Origin: a virus
Lineage: Duplodnaviria; Caudoviricetes
IMG/VR virus record: IMGVR_UViG_3300010429_000387
Location: 96,001-160,000 of that record
Strand: one strand, 5' to 3'
DNA length: 64,000 nt
Shown: positions 17,885-27,544 of the stretch, piece after piece
How positions within the stretch are numbered: the stretch's first letter is position 1
How the letters are laid out: every line of letters starts with the position of its first letter
Position numbers and translations under genes: made by a program
Notes under the pieces: model-generated
The model's database searches: none
What the model saw: only the letters and a program-made list of their open reading frames with translations
Told to the model about the DNA's origin: nothing

Positions 17885-19288
17885 GTGAAAGCGAGCCAAA
17901 AGGTCCGAACGGTCATTGCCAGAGAGGAAGGGCTGCCCCTACCGCCCCCACCTCCTGGGTCCGGTGAGGGTGGGTCCCTCAAGCGAGAGATCCCTAAGGG
18001 TCATGAGTTTGACCCCAAGGCGCTCAAGCCTCTTGCTCGGGCTCTGTTCTCTTCATCGGTTGCCCTTGGTCACGCCGTTACGGCCTACAAGGAGTTCGCT
18101 CGAATCAAGTCCAGTTCCATCTCTCCGGATGGGATGCTTGGGGGGAAGGGTTACGTCCTGAAGGTCAAGGATGTTCGGGCCAAGCTCCAGCAGGCATGTG
18201 AGCTTCTCTCGGCCCTCACTGACACTCTTCATGATGAGCTACACGGACCTCACTGGAACGCCAAGCTCTCTGATGTTGGGCAGAATGATGCTGAGGACAT
18301 CACTGAGCTTCTTGATGAGTCCGATGAGGTCCTTGAGGACCCTGAGCGCTTTGGTGACAAAGAGGTCCAGGACATCGAGAAGAAAAACGACGGGAAGGGT
18401 GGGACCCCCAACACCAAGAAGACCGAGGACCAGATCAAGGAGTCCGAGGCCCGTCAGAATGAGACCGAAGCCTCCCGGCTCCCCGATGCTGGTGGGAAAG
18501 AGACCATGGAGGCTGCTCCGGCTGGGAGTCGTGAGCGGTCCAAGCAAGCATCCGACTGGAAGGCCCCTTCTGGGTGGGGTCGCTTCGCCAACTCTTCCGT
18601 CCCAGTGGATACTCTCCCTGGACCTCGTGTGAACCACCTTGAGCGTGGGGAGCAGACCGGCCCAGGGGGCTCCTACAACCGGGATGAGCCTCGGGTCGAG
18701 GATGAGTGGGGCATGGCCGAAGGGGCTCCTCCGAAGACCCTCAACAAGGTCTGGGGAAGCATCGAGGAGTGGGGTGCCTCTGGGCTCCCTGCTGATACCG
18801 AGACCCGTACTGAAGCCAAGGACTTCGGGGTTGGCTATGGAGCCAAGGGTGAGGGAACCGAGGGCTACGGGACCAAGAACCCTGATGGGCGAGGGGTCTG
18901 GGGTCCACAGAGTGACCTTCCCAACGACCCCCAGACTACCACCAAGGACCCAGGGGGCATCCCCTTTGGCGGGGGACCTCAACGGGACTTCTGGGGTGCG
19001 GTAGCTGAGTCGGAACTTCCCTTCGACGGCCCTGACCCTGTTGCACGGTCGGACTACTACGAGGGTGACAAGGGGAACCTCGTCAATGTGAACCCACATG
19101 GCAATCGCCCTGTGGCCCAGTCAGAGATGCCTGGGAATGATGGCGTCAACTACAACTTCGACCGGGACCTTCCCAACACTGGTCAAGTCTACGAACAGCA
19201 GGCAGTTCCCTACGTGAAGCGTGATTGGACAACGCACAACGACCGGAACGACATGCAAGACCTCTACAGGATGGACAAAAATGGCTGA
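17885..19288 (+). CDS. Hypothetical head-region protein with a low-complexity repeated C-half
   Basis: AAGGAGG RBS before GTG 17885; repeated A-x-S-x-[LMV]-P-x-D units. Confidence 0.75.
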   Translation: MKASQKVRTVIAREEGLPLPPPPPGSGEGGSLKREIPKGHEFDPKALKPLARALFSSSVALGHAVTAYKEFARIKSSSISPDGMLGGKGYVLKVKDVRAKLQQACELLSALTDTLHDELHGPHWNAKLSDVGQNDAEDITELLDESDEVLEDPERFGDKEVQDIEKKNDGKGGTPNTKKTEDQIKESEARQNETEASRLPDAGGKETMEAAPAGSRERSKQASDWKAPSGWGRFANSSVPVDTLPGPRVNHLERGEQTGPGGSYNRDEPRVEDEWGMAEGAPPKTLNKVWGSIEEWGASGLPADTETRTEAKDFGVGYGAKGEGTEGYGTKNPDGRGVWGPQSDLPNDPQTTTKDPGGIPFGGGPQRDFWGAVAESELPFDGPDPVARSDYYEGDKGNLVNVNPHGNRPVAQSEMPGNDGVNYNFDRDLPNTGQVYEQQAVPYVKRDWTTHNDRNDMQDLYRMDKNG

Positions 19289-21296
19289 CCTTGGCGATCT
19301 TACCAATTTCATGAAAGAGGGCTCGGTCGCCAACCTCGACTGGCTCGATGTTGATGGGAAGCAGTATCGGGAACTGGATCAGCTCCCGAAGCAGAACCTC
19401 GACATCGCTCCGGACTTGGAACACGTCTGGAGCCATTCGGACAGTCCTCAGACCATCGTCCCCAACAAGGAAGCTGGCCCGAAGACGATGCTGGATGTGG
19501 GTCTTGGCAAGACGGCTTCTGAGGAGGCCATCCGCCGGGTGATCAAGGTCGCCAGGCTGGCTTTGATGCAGTCCACCGACCCAGCCAACTTCAGGCACGC
19601 CCTGACCTCCAGGTTCGATTCCCAGGTCTTGAGCGAAGCCCGTCCAGTCCTTGCTCAGATCCTCCAAGAAAGAGGTCTCCTGGGTCGTTACTACGTGGAG
19701 GCCATTGACTTCCCCAACTGCCACAAGGCGGGGAAGGAGATCGCTACCTTCACCAAGAAGTACGCATCAAGTGCCCAGTTCTTGGTGGCGAAGGACTCCT
19801 GTGCAGGGTGCATCCACAGCTCTGGGAACACTTGTGCGGTCTTCCAGAAGGAGTTGGTCCTGGAGGTCCCCTACACCCCAGCTCTGGCTGAGGCAGTAGA
19901 GCGGAGCCAGTCCGCCCAAGGGAAGCTCATTCAGGCTTCTAGTCTGACCCCCCGTGAGCGCATCAAGGCAGCCCACCTGGCATCCGACGTGAGGGTATCC
20001 GACCGGGTAGAGACCCCGAAGCCGGTGGTCAACCCTGCTCAGTTCATGCGGGCCACGGTCGAGACCCCCAAGGTCCACCTCCCCGTCATGGCCTCCCAGG
20101 CTCAGGCCCTACACGACGCCCAGATGGCCTGGAACCCTGAGGTGGCTTCGGGTAAGACCGCTGCAACCTCTCGGAATGCCGCCGATAAGAAGGCTTTCGA
20201 CATTGTGACCTTCCTCCGACGGGAGATGCTGAAGGGGCATGGGGAGCAGGCGCTTCTCCACTCCCTCAAGCTCTCCTTCTCTCTGGATGACCTTCGAGCG
20301 ACCCGTCATGCCTGGGAGCCAGTCTTCAAGGAGGCCGGGTACTTCGGGACGATCTACTCCACCCAGGAGTCCTTCAACGATTGCCATGAGGGAGCCGACT
20401 TCCTTGCGAAGTTCAACCCCTCGGTGAAGGGGATCGTGGCGGGAGGGAAGTGCTCAAGCTGCATCTACAGCAAGATGTCCCGGTGCATGATGTACGGGAA
20501 GCCCTTGGTTGCCAAGGCTGAGGACCTGTACACCCCCGAGATGGTCAGCACGGTTGTTCGTGAGCACCGTCTGGCAGGGCGTCTGGGGACTGGGGCTGAG
20601 ACCTCCAAGTGGGGAAGCACACCCGTGGAAGCCCTCAAGGTTGTCTATCGGACGGCCTCGAAGGCGGTTCAGGCTCCCCCAGTTCCAATGAGGGCCTACG
20701 TGGAGCAAGCCTTCCGTGGGGCCGACCACGGACACATCACGGCTGGCCTTACCAAGAGAGAGATAGTCAAGACTGCCACTCGGTACCTGAACGAGGGTCT
20801 CTACGGAGAACAGCTCTTCCAGGCGCTTCAGACTCGTTTCGATGTTCGGGACATCCAAGCCTCGACCGAGGAGCTGAAGGTTGCCCTGGCGGAGCAGGGG
20901 CTTCAGGGCATCTTCTTCATCGACCCGGCAGTCTATGATGACTACGCCAGGGGTTGTGATGAGGGTTCTCGGCTTCATCGAGCCCGCATGGTCCCTTACC
21001 TCAAGATGGGTCCGAAGTGCGCCTCCTGTGTCCTTCAGCCCCATCCAGGGTTCTGCTCCAAGTACGCCAAGACCCTGGTCTTGGAGCCCCCCTACACGGA
21101 TAAGGCTGCCCAGCAGCAAGAGATCCTGGCCTCTGGGAAAGCTACCGAGATCAACTTGGCGACCTTGATGGTCAACGACAAGTCCATCGTCGCTGAGTTC
21201 GCCCTGAAGTCTGCCACAGACATCGAACTCAACCCCGAACCCGCCAAGGCTGCCACCATCACGGTGGAGTTGGGTGGAGCGAAGATCGACCTATGA
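19281..21296 (+). CDS. Hypothetical protein with three Cys-rich repeats
   Basis: Three copies of E.G..G..[YF]...C-x(20-26)-CxxC-x(7-8)-C..[FY].K.LV. Confidence 0.8.
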   Translation: MADLGDLTNFMKEGSVANLDWLDVDGKQYRELDQLPKQNLDIAPDLEHVWSHSDSPQTIVPNKEAGPKTMLDVGLGKTASEEAIRRVIKVARLALMQSTDPANFRHALTSRFDSQVLSEARPVLAQILQERGLLGRYYVEAIDFPNCHKAGKEIATFTKKYASSAQFLVAKDSCAGCIHSSGNTCAVFQKELVLEVPYTPALAEAVERSQSAQGKLIQASSLTPRERIKAAHLASDVRVSDRVETPKPVVNPAQFMRATVETPKVHLPVMASQAQALHDAQMAWNPEVASGKTAATSRNAADKKAFDIVTFLRREMLKGHGEQALLHSLKLSFSLDDLRATRHAWEPVFKEAGYFGTIYSTQESFNDCHEGADFLAKFNPSVKGIVAGGKCSSCIYSKMSRCMMYGKPLVAKAEDLYTPEMVSTVVREHRLAGRLGTGAETSKWGSTPVEALKVVYRTASKAVQAPPVPMRAYVEQAFRGADHGHITAGLTKREIVKTATRYLNEGLYGEQLFQALQTRFDVRDIQASTEELKVALAEQGLQGIFFIDPAVYDDYARGCDEGSRLHRARMVPYLKMGPKCASCVLQPHPGFCSKYAKTLVLEPPYTDKAAQQQEILASGKATEINLATLMVNDKSIVAEFALKSATDIELNPEPAKAATITVELGGAKIDL

Positions 21297-21682
21297 GTGA
21301 CGAAGTCCTCATCCTCAAGGTAGCTGCCAGGTACCTTCACGCTGACCAGTCCCCTGGTATGCGCAAGGAGGTCAGGGATCTCGTCAAGCCAATCAACAAG
21401 CCAAAGGGCATCGACAAGGGGATCGTCAAGGAACACGGGCAGCTCATGGAAGACGGGAACGATGACACGGTGGACCCCAACCGCCGGGACATCCGACCCC
21501 AAGACGTGTTCATCCCGAAGCCAGACCAGGTCAGCGTCAGGAACCTAGCCGAGACAGGGAAGGACCTCTCGAAGGCTATCGAGAAGCAGATCCCCAAGGA
21601 CAAGGGCTACGACTCCGTTCGCAACCTCAGCCAGTATCTCATCGAAACTGGCGGTGGTGGTGGTGCTAAGCCCGTCAAGTGA
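21293..21682 (+). CDS. Hypothetical protein with N-terminal KVAARY
   Basis: ATGA overlap with the upstream gene. Confidence 0.75.
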   Translation: MSDEVLILKVAARYLHADQSPGMRKEVRDLVKPINKPKGIDKGIVKEHGQLMEDGNDDTVDPNRRDIRPQDVFIPKPDQVSVRNLAETGKDLSKAIEKQIPKDKGYDSVRNLSQYLIETGGGGGAKPVK

Positions 21683-21689
21683 GGTTGTC

Positions 21690-22364
21690 ATGAGTGACGG
21701 AACACTACCCAATCAAGAATGTGCTGACCTCGAAGACGAGGAGTCAGAGGACTCTGACGAGGGTCAGGAGGTATTCGATGCCTCTCAGAGCGATGAGGAA
21801 AGGGCTGAAGGGATCCTATCGATCCTTCCTGTTCATGACGCCCCGAACACTGGCAAGAATGCCCTGAAGGTCAAGCGTGGTCCAGGTCGCCCCCGGAAGG
21901 TCGAGCGGATGCCGACCACCAGCGACCTCCAGTACCATGCCATCAACTCCAAGAAGAAGCAGGGGTTCATTGCCACCGACCCCCTGGTTCAGGCTATCGA
22001 GCAGAGGGTCGATGCCCCGGCCAACCTTCAGCGTATCAAGTTGGAGATTGCCAAGGAGATCGCATCCCTGCACTTCCAGAGGGTCGAAACAGAGAAGTAT
22101 GGGCGGGACACCTCCCAGATTTCCTCTCGACGGATTGATGCCCTGGAACGACTTGCCAAGATCGAGCTGAAGATCCGTGAGATCGACAAGGACTCGATCA
22201 ACCTTGGCAGCGAGAAGATGCAGAAGATTTTCGTCCTCTGGGTCGAGGTCATGCGAGAGGTTGCTGCTGAGGTTCTGCCTCCCGAGGCAATGGATCTCTT
22301 CTTCAACCGCTTCGCTACTGCGATGGAGGGGTGGGAAGAGAAGGCAGCCAACGTGCTGAGGTAA
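21690..22364 (+). CDS. Putative terminase small subunit with an AT-hook-like motif
   Basis: Directly upstream of TerL; helical; contains KRGPGRPRK. Confidence 0.5.
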   Translation: MSDGTLPNQECADLEDEESEDSDEGQEVFDASQSDEERAEGILSILPVHDAPNTGKNALKVKRGPGRPRKVERMPTTSDLQYHAINSKKKQGFIATDPLVQAIEQRVDAPANLQRIKLEIAKEIASLHFQRVETEKYGRDTSQISSRRIDALERLAKIELKIREIDKDSINLGSEKMQKIFVLWVEVMREVAAEVLPPEAMDLFFNRFATAMEGWEEKAANVLR

Positions 22365-22365
22365 C

Positions 22366-24351
22366 ATGGCTGCCAAGGACAAGAACTCCCCAGGAATTTC
22401 TCATATCATCCGAAGCGCTGGTCACAAGGCAAAGACCATCGCTGAAGAGATGGCCGGGCAGGGGGACATTCCCGCTGTAGGTGTGGACGGGAATCATACG
22501 AGGATCTTCAACGTCCTCCAGTATGCCGAATCCCCGTGGGGCTTGGATATGAAGCTGTACCCAGTACAGCGCTTCATCGTCAAGCTCTACTACCACCTTC
22601 CGCTGGACGACAAGAACAAGACCATCACGATCACTGACATGTTCAAGACCCGAGTGCTCCACACCTTTACCGAGGTGGAGTACCTGAGGTACTTGTACAA
22701 CGAGGGTCGATGCAACATCGGGGAGCAGGACCACATCCGCCGTCAGCTCATCCTCCCCATCGGCCGTAGGTCGGGGAAGACCACCCTCTCCGCCATCTTT
22801 GCCAGCTACGAGCTGTACCGACTCCTGTCTCTCGGGAATCCCCAGGCGTACTACGGTCTCCCGAACGGGAACAGGATCCAGATCATCTCGGTGGCAACGG
22901 ACAAGGACCAGGCAGGTCTCTTGTTCAACGACGTGACCTCTCACATGGCGAAGTGTGAGTTCTTCAAGCCGTACATCGCCAACAACACCCTCAGCTACGT
23001 ACAGTTCCGAACCCCCTACGACATTGAGAAGTACGGCCCGACGGTTCGCCATGAGAACGGCAAGTTCACTTCGTTCAATGGCAAGTCCAGTATCCGGGTG
23101 ACCTTCAAGGCGTCAGTCTCGAAGGGTCTTCGAGGGTCTGGTAACATCGTCATCATCCTGGACGAGATGGCCCACTTCCAGGACAAGGGGAACTCCTCGG
23201 CCAAGGACATCTATGATGCTGTCACCCCATCTGCCCTAGCCTTCTCCCCGAAGGACCCGAGGAACAGTGCCGTCTGTATCGGGCCGGTGGAGAGCCGAAT
23301 CATCTCGATTTCGTCCCCTCTCAACAGGGCGGGTAAGTTCTACGAGTTGTTCCACTTCGCTATGTCGAAGGCGGAGGGGTCTGAGAACATGCTAGCCATC
23401 CAGGCTCCGACCTGGGAGGTGAACCCGACAGTCGAGCCAACCTTCCTGAAGGAGAAGTACCATGAGGACCCCTCGGTCTTCATGACCGAGTATGGGGCGA
23501 ACTTCTCCGACCGTGTTCGTGGTTGGATTGAGCGTGAGGCCGACCTGATTGAGTGCATCCGTCCTGAGCTTCGTCCCAGGACGGCTGGACCTGCCAGATA
23601 CCCACACCAGATGGGGATCGACGTTGGGCTCATTGGAGACGGTACCACCCTAGCCATCACGCACCTCGACAAGGACAAGGTAGTCCTCGACTACCATGAG
23701 GCTTGGTACGCCGGGATCCCTTGGAAGGAGACCAACCCTCACCTTCCGGGGCCTATGGTGGACTACGCTAGGAGTCTTGAGGCTCAAGAGCGCTTGGACT
23801 TTGAGGAGATCGCCAACTGGATTGCAGCAGTTTGCAAGAGATTCTACATCACGGATGGTCTCTTCGACCGGTGGAATGGGCTCCCCCTGGAGCAGGCTCT
23901 CCACAAGAGGGGTCTGAAGCAGTTCAAGAGTGATTTCTTCACCCGAGATGACAAGAGCCGGATGTTCCAGGCGGCCAAGCTCCTGATGTTCGACCGTCGC
24001 CTGGTCCTTTACGACTTCCCGCTCCCTCAGGCTGCCGATGGTGGTGGTAAGCACTCGGCTTTCATCAACGAGTTGCTGACCCTTCAGGCTACTCAGCTCG
24101 CAAAGAACCAGGTCATCGTTGAGGCACCCAAGATTTCAGGGGCTCATGATGACATCTCTGATGCCTACGTCCGAGCGGTCTGGCTTTCGTTGGAACGCCT
24201 ATCAAACACGAAGCTAGTATCCAGGGGCACTAACGCTCCTCGGGAGGCTTCTCGTTTGGCAACCGTCCAGCACTACCAGGTGGCTCGGATGCGGTCACAC
24301 GGGGTCTTTAGGGATCGTATTGCACCCAGAGCTATGGGGAGAAGGGTGTGA
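22366..24351 (+). CDS. terL: Terminase large subunit
   Basis: LYPVQ, GRRSGKT (Walker A), IIILDE (Walker B), ISSP, nuclease motifs MGIDVG and HDDISDA. Confidence 0.92.
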   Translation: MAAKDKNSPGISHIIRSAGHKAKTIAEEMAGQGDIPAVGVDGNHTRIFNVLQYAESPWGLDMKLYPVQRFIVKLYYHLPLDDKNKTITITDMFKTRVLHTFTEVEYLRYLYNEGRCNIGEQDHIRRQLILPIGRRSGKTTLSAIFASYELYRLLSLGNPQAYYGLPNGNRIQIISVATDKDQAGLLFNDVTSHMAKCEFFKPYIANNTLSYVQFRTPYDIEKYGPTVRHENGKFTSFNGKSSIRVTFKASVSKGLRGSGNIVIILDEMAHFQDKGNSSAKDIYDAVTPSALAFSPKDPRNSAVCIGPVESRIISISSPLNRAGKFYELFHFAMSKAEGSENMLAIQAPTWEVNPTVEPTFLKEKYHEDPSVFMTEYGANFSDRVRGWIEREADLIECIRPELRPRTAGPARYPHQMGIDVGLIGDGTTLAITHLDKDKVVLDYHEAWYAGIPWKETNPHLPGPMVDYARSLEAQERLDFEEIANWIAAVCKRFYITDGLFDRWNGLPLEQALHKRGLKQFKSDFFTRDDKSRMFQAAKLLMFDRRLVLYDFPLPQAADGGGKHSAFINELLTLQATQLAKNQVIVEAPKISGAHDDISDAYVRAVWLSLERLSNTKLVSRGTNAPREASRLATVQHYQVARMRSHGVFRDRIAPRAMGRRV

Positions 24352-25415
24352 CCATGCGCCTGCCTGTCCTCGATGAAGTAGGTCTCCGGGTAGCTGCCCG
24401 GTACAAATCCAAGAAGAAGCTGGAGAGTGGCAACACCCTCTATGTCTACAGCCCTCAGCAGGTCTCCCGTAGGAACAACCAGAAGGCAGACCGAGTCGAG
24501 AAGCTACGTGGCAAGTTGGACAGCCTCCGTAAGAAGGTGAAGACCGACCTCAAGTCCAAGGACCCCAAGACCAAGCTCACGGCCCTGGTTGTGGCTCTCA
24601 TCGACCATACCTATGAGCGAGTCGGGAACGACACCTCTGCTGAAGAGAGAGGCCACTTTGGGGTGACTGGGTGGCAGAAGCAGCACATCTCCCTTGGTAA
24701 GGGTCGTGCGATCATCAAGTACACTGGGAAGTCAGGGGTCAAGCACGAGAAGGTTGTTGATGACCCGAGCATCATCCCAGCCCTGAAGGAAGCCTATGAC
24801 TCGGTCGAGAAGGAAACCGATGGCATCTTTGGGGAGGGCGATGCGGCTGTTGGGTCCTCCGATGTGAACGAGTACCTCTCCGAGTTTGACATCACGGCCA
24901 AGGATCTTCGGGGCCTCCATGCAAACAGGGAGATGCAGGATCGCTTGAAGGCGATTCGGTCCAAGGGGCCGAAGCTGCCCTCTGACCGTAAGGGCAAGGA
25001 CAAGATCCTGAAGGAGGAGTTCAAGAAGGCTCTCGAAGGAGCGGCTGAGGCGGTAGGGCACGAGCCCTCAACCCTCCGGAGCCAGTACCTCGTACCGTCC
25101 CTTGAGGAAGCCTACATGAAGGATGGGACGGTCATCGAGAAGCTGAATGAGAAGGTGGCTGGCCTCGACCAAGACGAGCCCCCACCCCTTGTCTTCTCTC
25201 ACCGGGTCATTCGCCAGTTGGTGGATCACATGGTCGGGGAGGACACCGTGACTGAAGACTCTGACTTCCAGGCAATGCGTATTGCTTTCCGTCAGAGGGG
25301 AGGCTCCTGGGAGCGGTTCATCAACGGGGACACCAACCACAACAACATCTTGAAGGATGTCGTTGTTGCTTGGTCCAAGTTGCCTGGGCACAAGAAGAAG
25401 CAGGAGACCCTCTGA
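24348..25415 (+). CDS. DNA topoisomerase IB (poxvirus/bacterial type) with an extra C-terminal module
   Basis: Catalytic pentad present: ERVGN (R), YTGKSG (K), AKDLR (R), VGH (H), RSQY (Y). Confidence 0.9.
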   Translation: MTMRLPVLDEVGLRVAARYKSKKKLESGNTLYVYSPQQVSRRNNQKADRVEKLRGKLDSLRKKVKTDLKSKDPKTKLTALVVALIDHTYERVGNDTSAEERGHFGVTGWQKQHISLGKGRAIIKYTGKSGVKHEKVVDDPSIIPALKEAYDSVEKETDGIFGEGDAAVGSSDVNEYLSEFDITAKDLRGLHANREMQDRLKAIRSKGPKLPSDRKGKDKILKEEFKKALEGAAEAVGHEPSTLRSQYLVPSLEEAYMKDGTVIEKLNEKVAGLDQDEPPPLVFSHRVIRQLVDHMVGEDTVTEDSDFQAMRIAFRQRGGSWERFINGDTNHNNILKDVVVAWSKLPGHKKKQETL

Positions 25416-25936
25416 TGCCAGAGCAACCTCGTACCCGAGACTGCATCATTCTCGTCAAGGGTGATGCTCTCCCTGTCTCAGTGGATGAGCTTCTAGCCCG
25501 TGAGGGTTGGCGTGGAGGTCAGGCTGCTCAGTGGGTGTCCTCGACCAAAGACGAGCTTCTGGTTACCCGTTCCACTGGGCTCTATGCTGGCATCTTTCTG
25601 TGGGGTTCTGATGAGGACTCTGACCAGCATACCGCCATGACTCGGAGTCAGCCCTACTATCGGTATGCAACGATTGGGGCCGGAGGTTGGCACATCCTCA
25701 CAACCAGCTTTGAGCGGTACACCTATGCCTCTCGAACTGGTGGGGGGGCATTGGTCCCTATCGAGTACCATGCAAGCGACCGATTGGTCTTTTCCTTGCG
25801 TGGGTTTTTCACCAAGGAGGATGAGTGGACGCTCTCTGGAGACCCTAGAGCCCCGAACTCCTACTACATTGCCTTCGTCAGCCAGGCTCCGTCGGCATCC
25901 ACCAACTACTACATGGGGCTACAGGTCAGCATCTAG
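25415..25936 (+). CDS. Putative capsid decoration protein, tandem paralog 1
   Basis: Shares RDC..KGD..GW.GGQ, LWGS and TKEDE.TLSGDPR with the next two genes; C-half resembles 36471..37094. Confidence 0.6.
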   Translation: MPEQPRTRDCIILVKGDALPVSVDELLAREGWRGGQAAQWVSSTKDELLVTRSTGLYAGIFLWGSDEDSDQHTAMTRSQPYYRYATIGAGGWHILTTSFERYTYASRTGGGALVPIEYHASDRLVFSLRGFFTKEDEWTLSGDPRAPNSYYIAFVSQAPSASTNYYMGLQVSI

Positions 25937-25945
25937 GATGGTAGC

Positions 25946-26476
25946 ATGAGCCTTACTCTCAACTTCCCCCGAGATCGAGACTGTTTCGTCCTGTTCAAGG
26001 GTGATGCCTACCCTGTTGCTGTCTCCCAGGACATGATGTCTCAAGGGTGGCATGGGGGTCAGGGGGTCCGTTGGATCGACTCTCCTCGTGATGAGTTCCT
26101 GGTTACCTTTTCAGATGGACTCTATGGTGGGTTCATGCTCTGGGGGTCCAATGAGCCTTCGGATGTTCTGACCTCGCTCACTGGGAGCCAGGCAGAGTAC
26201 GGGTACGGAACCTTCTGTTCTGGTGGCTGGGTCATCGCCACTAAGACAGTGGAACTCTACACCTACGCATCGAGGACTGGTCCTGGACCCCTTGTTCGGT
26301 TGAACTACCAGGTGGGCGAGAGAGTTCGATTCTCCCTTCGAGGCTTCTGGACCAAGGAGGATGAGTGGACCCTGTCTGGGGACCCTCGGGGATCCAACGG
26401 CTACTACATCGGGAACGTGGTCCAAGCCCCCTCACCGGACAACAACGACTATATCGTCATCCAGACTTCGATTTGA
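25946..26476 (+). CDS. Putative capsid decoration protein, tandem paralog 2
   Basis: Same shared motifs as paralog 1. Confidence 0.6.
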   Translation: MSLTLNFPRDRDCFVLFKGDAYPVAVSQDMMSQGWHGGQGVRWIDSPRDEFLVTFSDGLYGGFMLWGSNEPSDVLTSLTGSQAEYGYGTFCSGGWVIATKTVELYTYASRTGPGPLVRLNYQVGERVRFSLRGFWTKEDEWTLSGDPRGSNGYYIGNVVQAPSPDNNDYIVIQTSI

Positions 26477-26482
26477 GGGACC

Positions 26483-27001
26483 ATGCCTGAGATCATCCGA
26501 GGCCGAGACTGCATCGTTTTCTTCAAGGGCGACTCCCAAACGGTTGTGGTCTCTCAGGCCATGGTGAACGGTGGGTGGCCTGGTGGTCAGGGTGTGCAGT
26601 GGGTTGACTCAGCCAGTGACGAACGGGTGGTCTCCTATTCGGAGGGTCTCTACGGAGGTATTCTCATCTGGGGGTCAGATGAGGACGGGGATCGGTTCAC
26701 CTCTATTTCTGGGCAGCAACCACACTACCGATACGCAACCATGTTCAGTGGTGGGGCTCTTATCTCCACCTCCACCTATGAGCGCTATACCTACGCCTCT
26801 CGAATCGGAGGGGGACCCCTAGTGCCCCTGGTCTACGAGACCAATGACATACTTTACTTGTCGAGAAGGGGTCTTTGGACGAAGGAAGATGAGTTGACCC
26901 TCTCCGGAGACCCCCGAGCCCCGTGCTTCTTCAGTGGATTCGTGGCTCAGGTCCCCAAGGCATCCAACCGGATGTTCCTGGGAATCCAAACGAGTATGTA
27001 G
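26483..27001 (+). CDS. Putative capsid decoration protein, tandem paralog 3
   Basis: Same shared motifs as paralog 1. Confidence 0.6.
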   Translation: MPEIIRGRDCIVFFKGDSQTVVVSQAMVNGGWPGGQGVQWVDSASDERVVSYSEGLYGGILIWGSDEDGDRFTSISGQQPHYRYATMFSGGALISTSTYERYTYASRIGGGPLVPLVYETNDILYLSRRGLWTKEDELTLSGDPRAPCFFSGFVAQVPKASNRMFLGIQTSM

Positions 27002-27544
27002 ATGGACTCACAAGTTACCCGCCGAACCGAGACAGAACCAGGCATCAAGCTCAGGAAGCCCCTGGACAAGATGACTCCGGCGGATCTTTGTGAGGAGGCT
27101 GCCATCATTCGCAGGGGGATTGAGAAGTCTGCGGAGCGACTCAACGGGATCTACGCCTACTTGTATACGAGTGTTCGTAGACTCCCATCAGATGACATGA
27201 CTTATGCCTACTTGTCTGTAGCAAACTCCGGAAAGCGCTTCTCTGGGATGGTCATTCAGGCATCCAAGAGGACCGCTGGCACCGAAGGACGAGCCCTTCT
27301 TCTTGCCAAGCGTGAGATTGAAGAGCGGGACCGCTTCAGGCAGGTTGCTGACCTGAAGCGTCAGGCAGAAGAGGCCAAGCAGAAGAAGGCCCAGGCCAGG
27401 CCCACAGACCCCCTTGAAGCACTTTTCGGAGTGCCCCTCATGCCGAGTGAGGTTTCCGAACCGGAACTCTCCCAGAGCTTCATCGACGACAGCCAGGGAC
27501 CCTCGTCTGACCTTGACGACCTCTACGGCGAGGAGCTGACCTAA
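27002..27544 (+). CDS. Hypothetical helical protein
   Basis: Fills the gap exactly; TAATG overlap with the portal gene. Confidence 0.7.
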   Translation: MDSQVTRRTETEPGIKLRKPLDKMTPADLCEEAAIIRRGIEKSAERLNGIYAYLYTSVRRLPSDDMTYAYLSVANSGKRFSGMVIQASKRTAGTEGRALLLAKREIEERDRFRQVADLKRQAEEAKQKKAQARPTDPLEALFGVPLMPSEVSEPELSQSFIDDSQGPSSDLDDLYGEELT

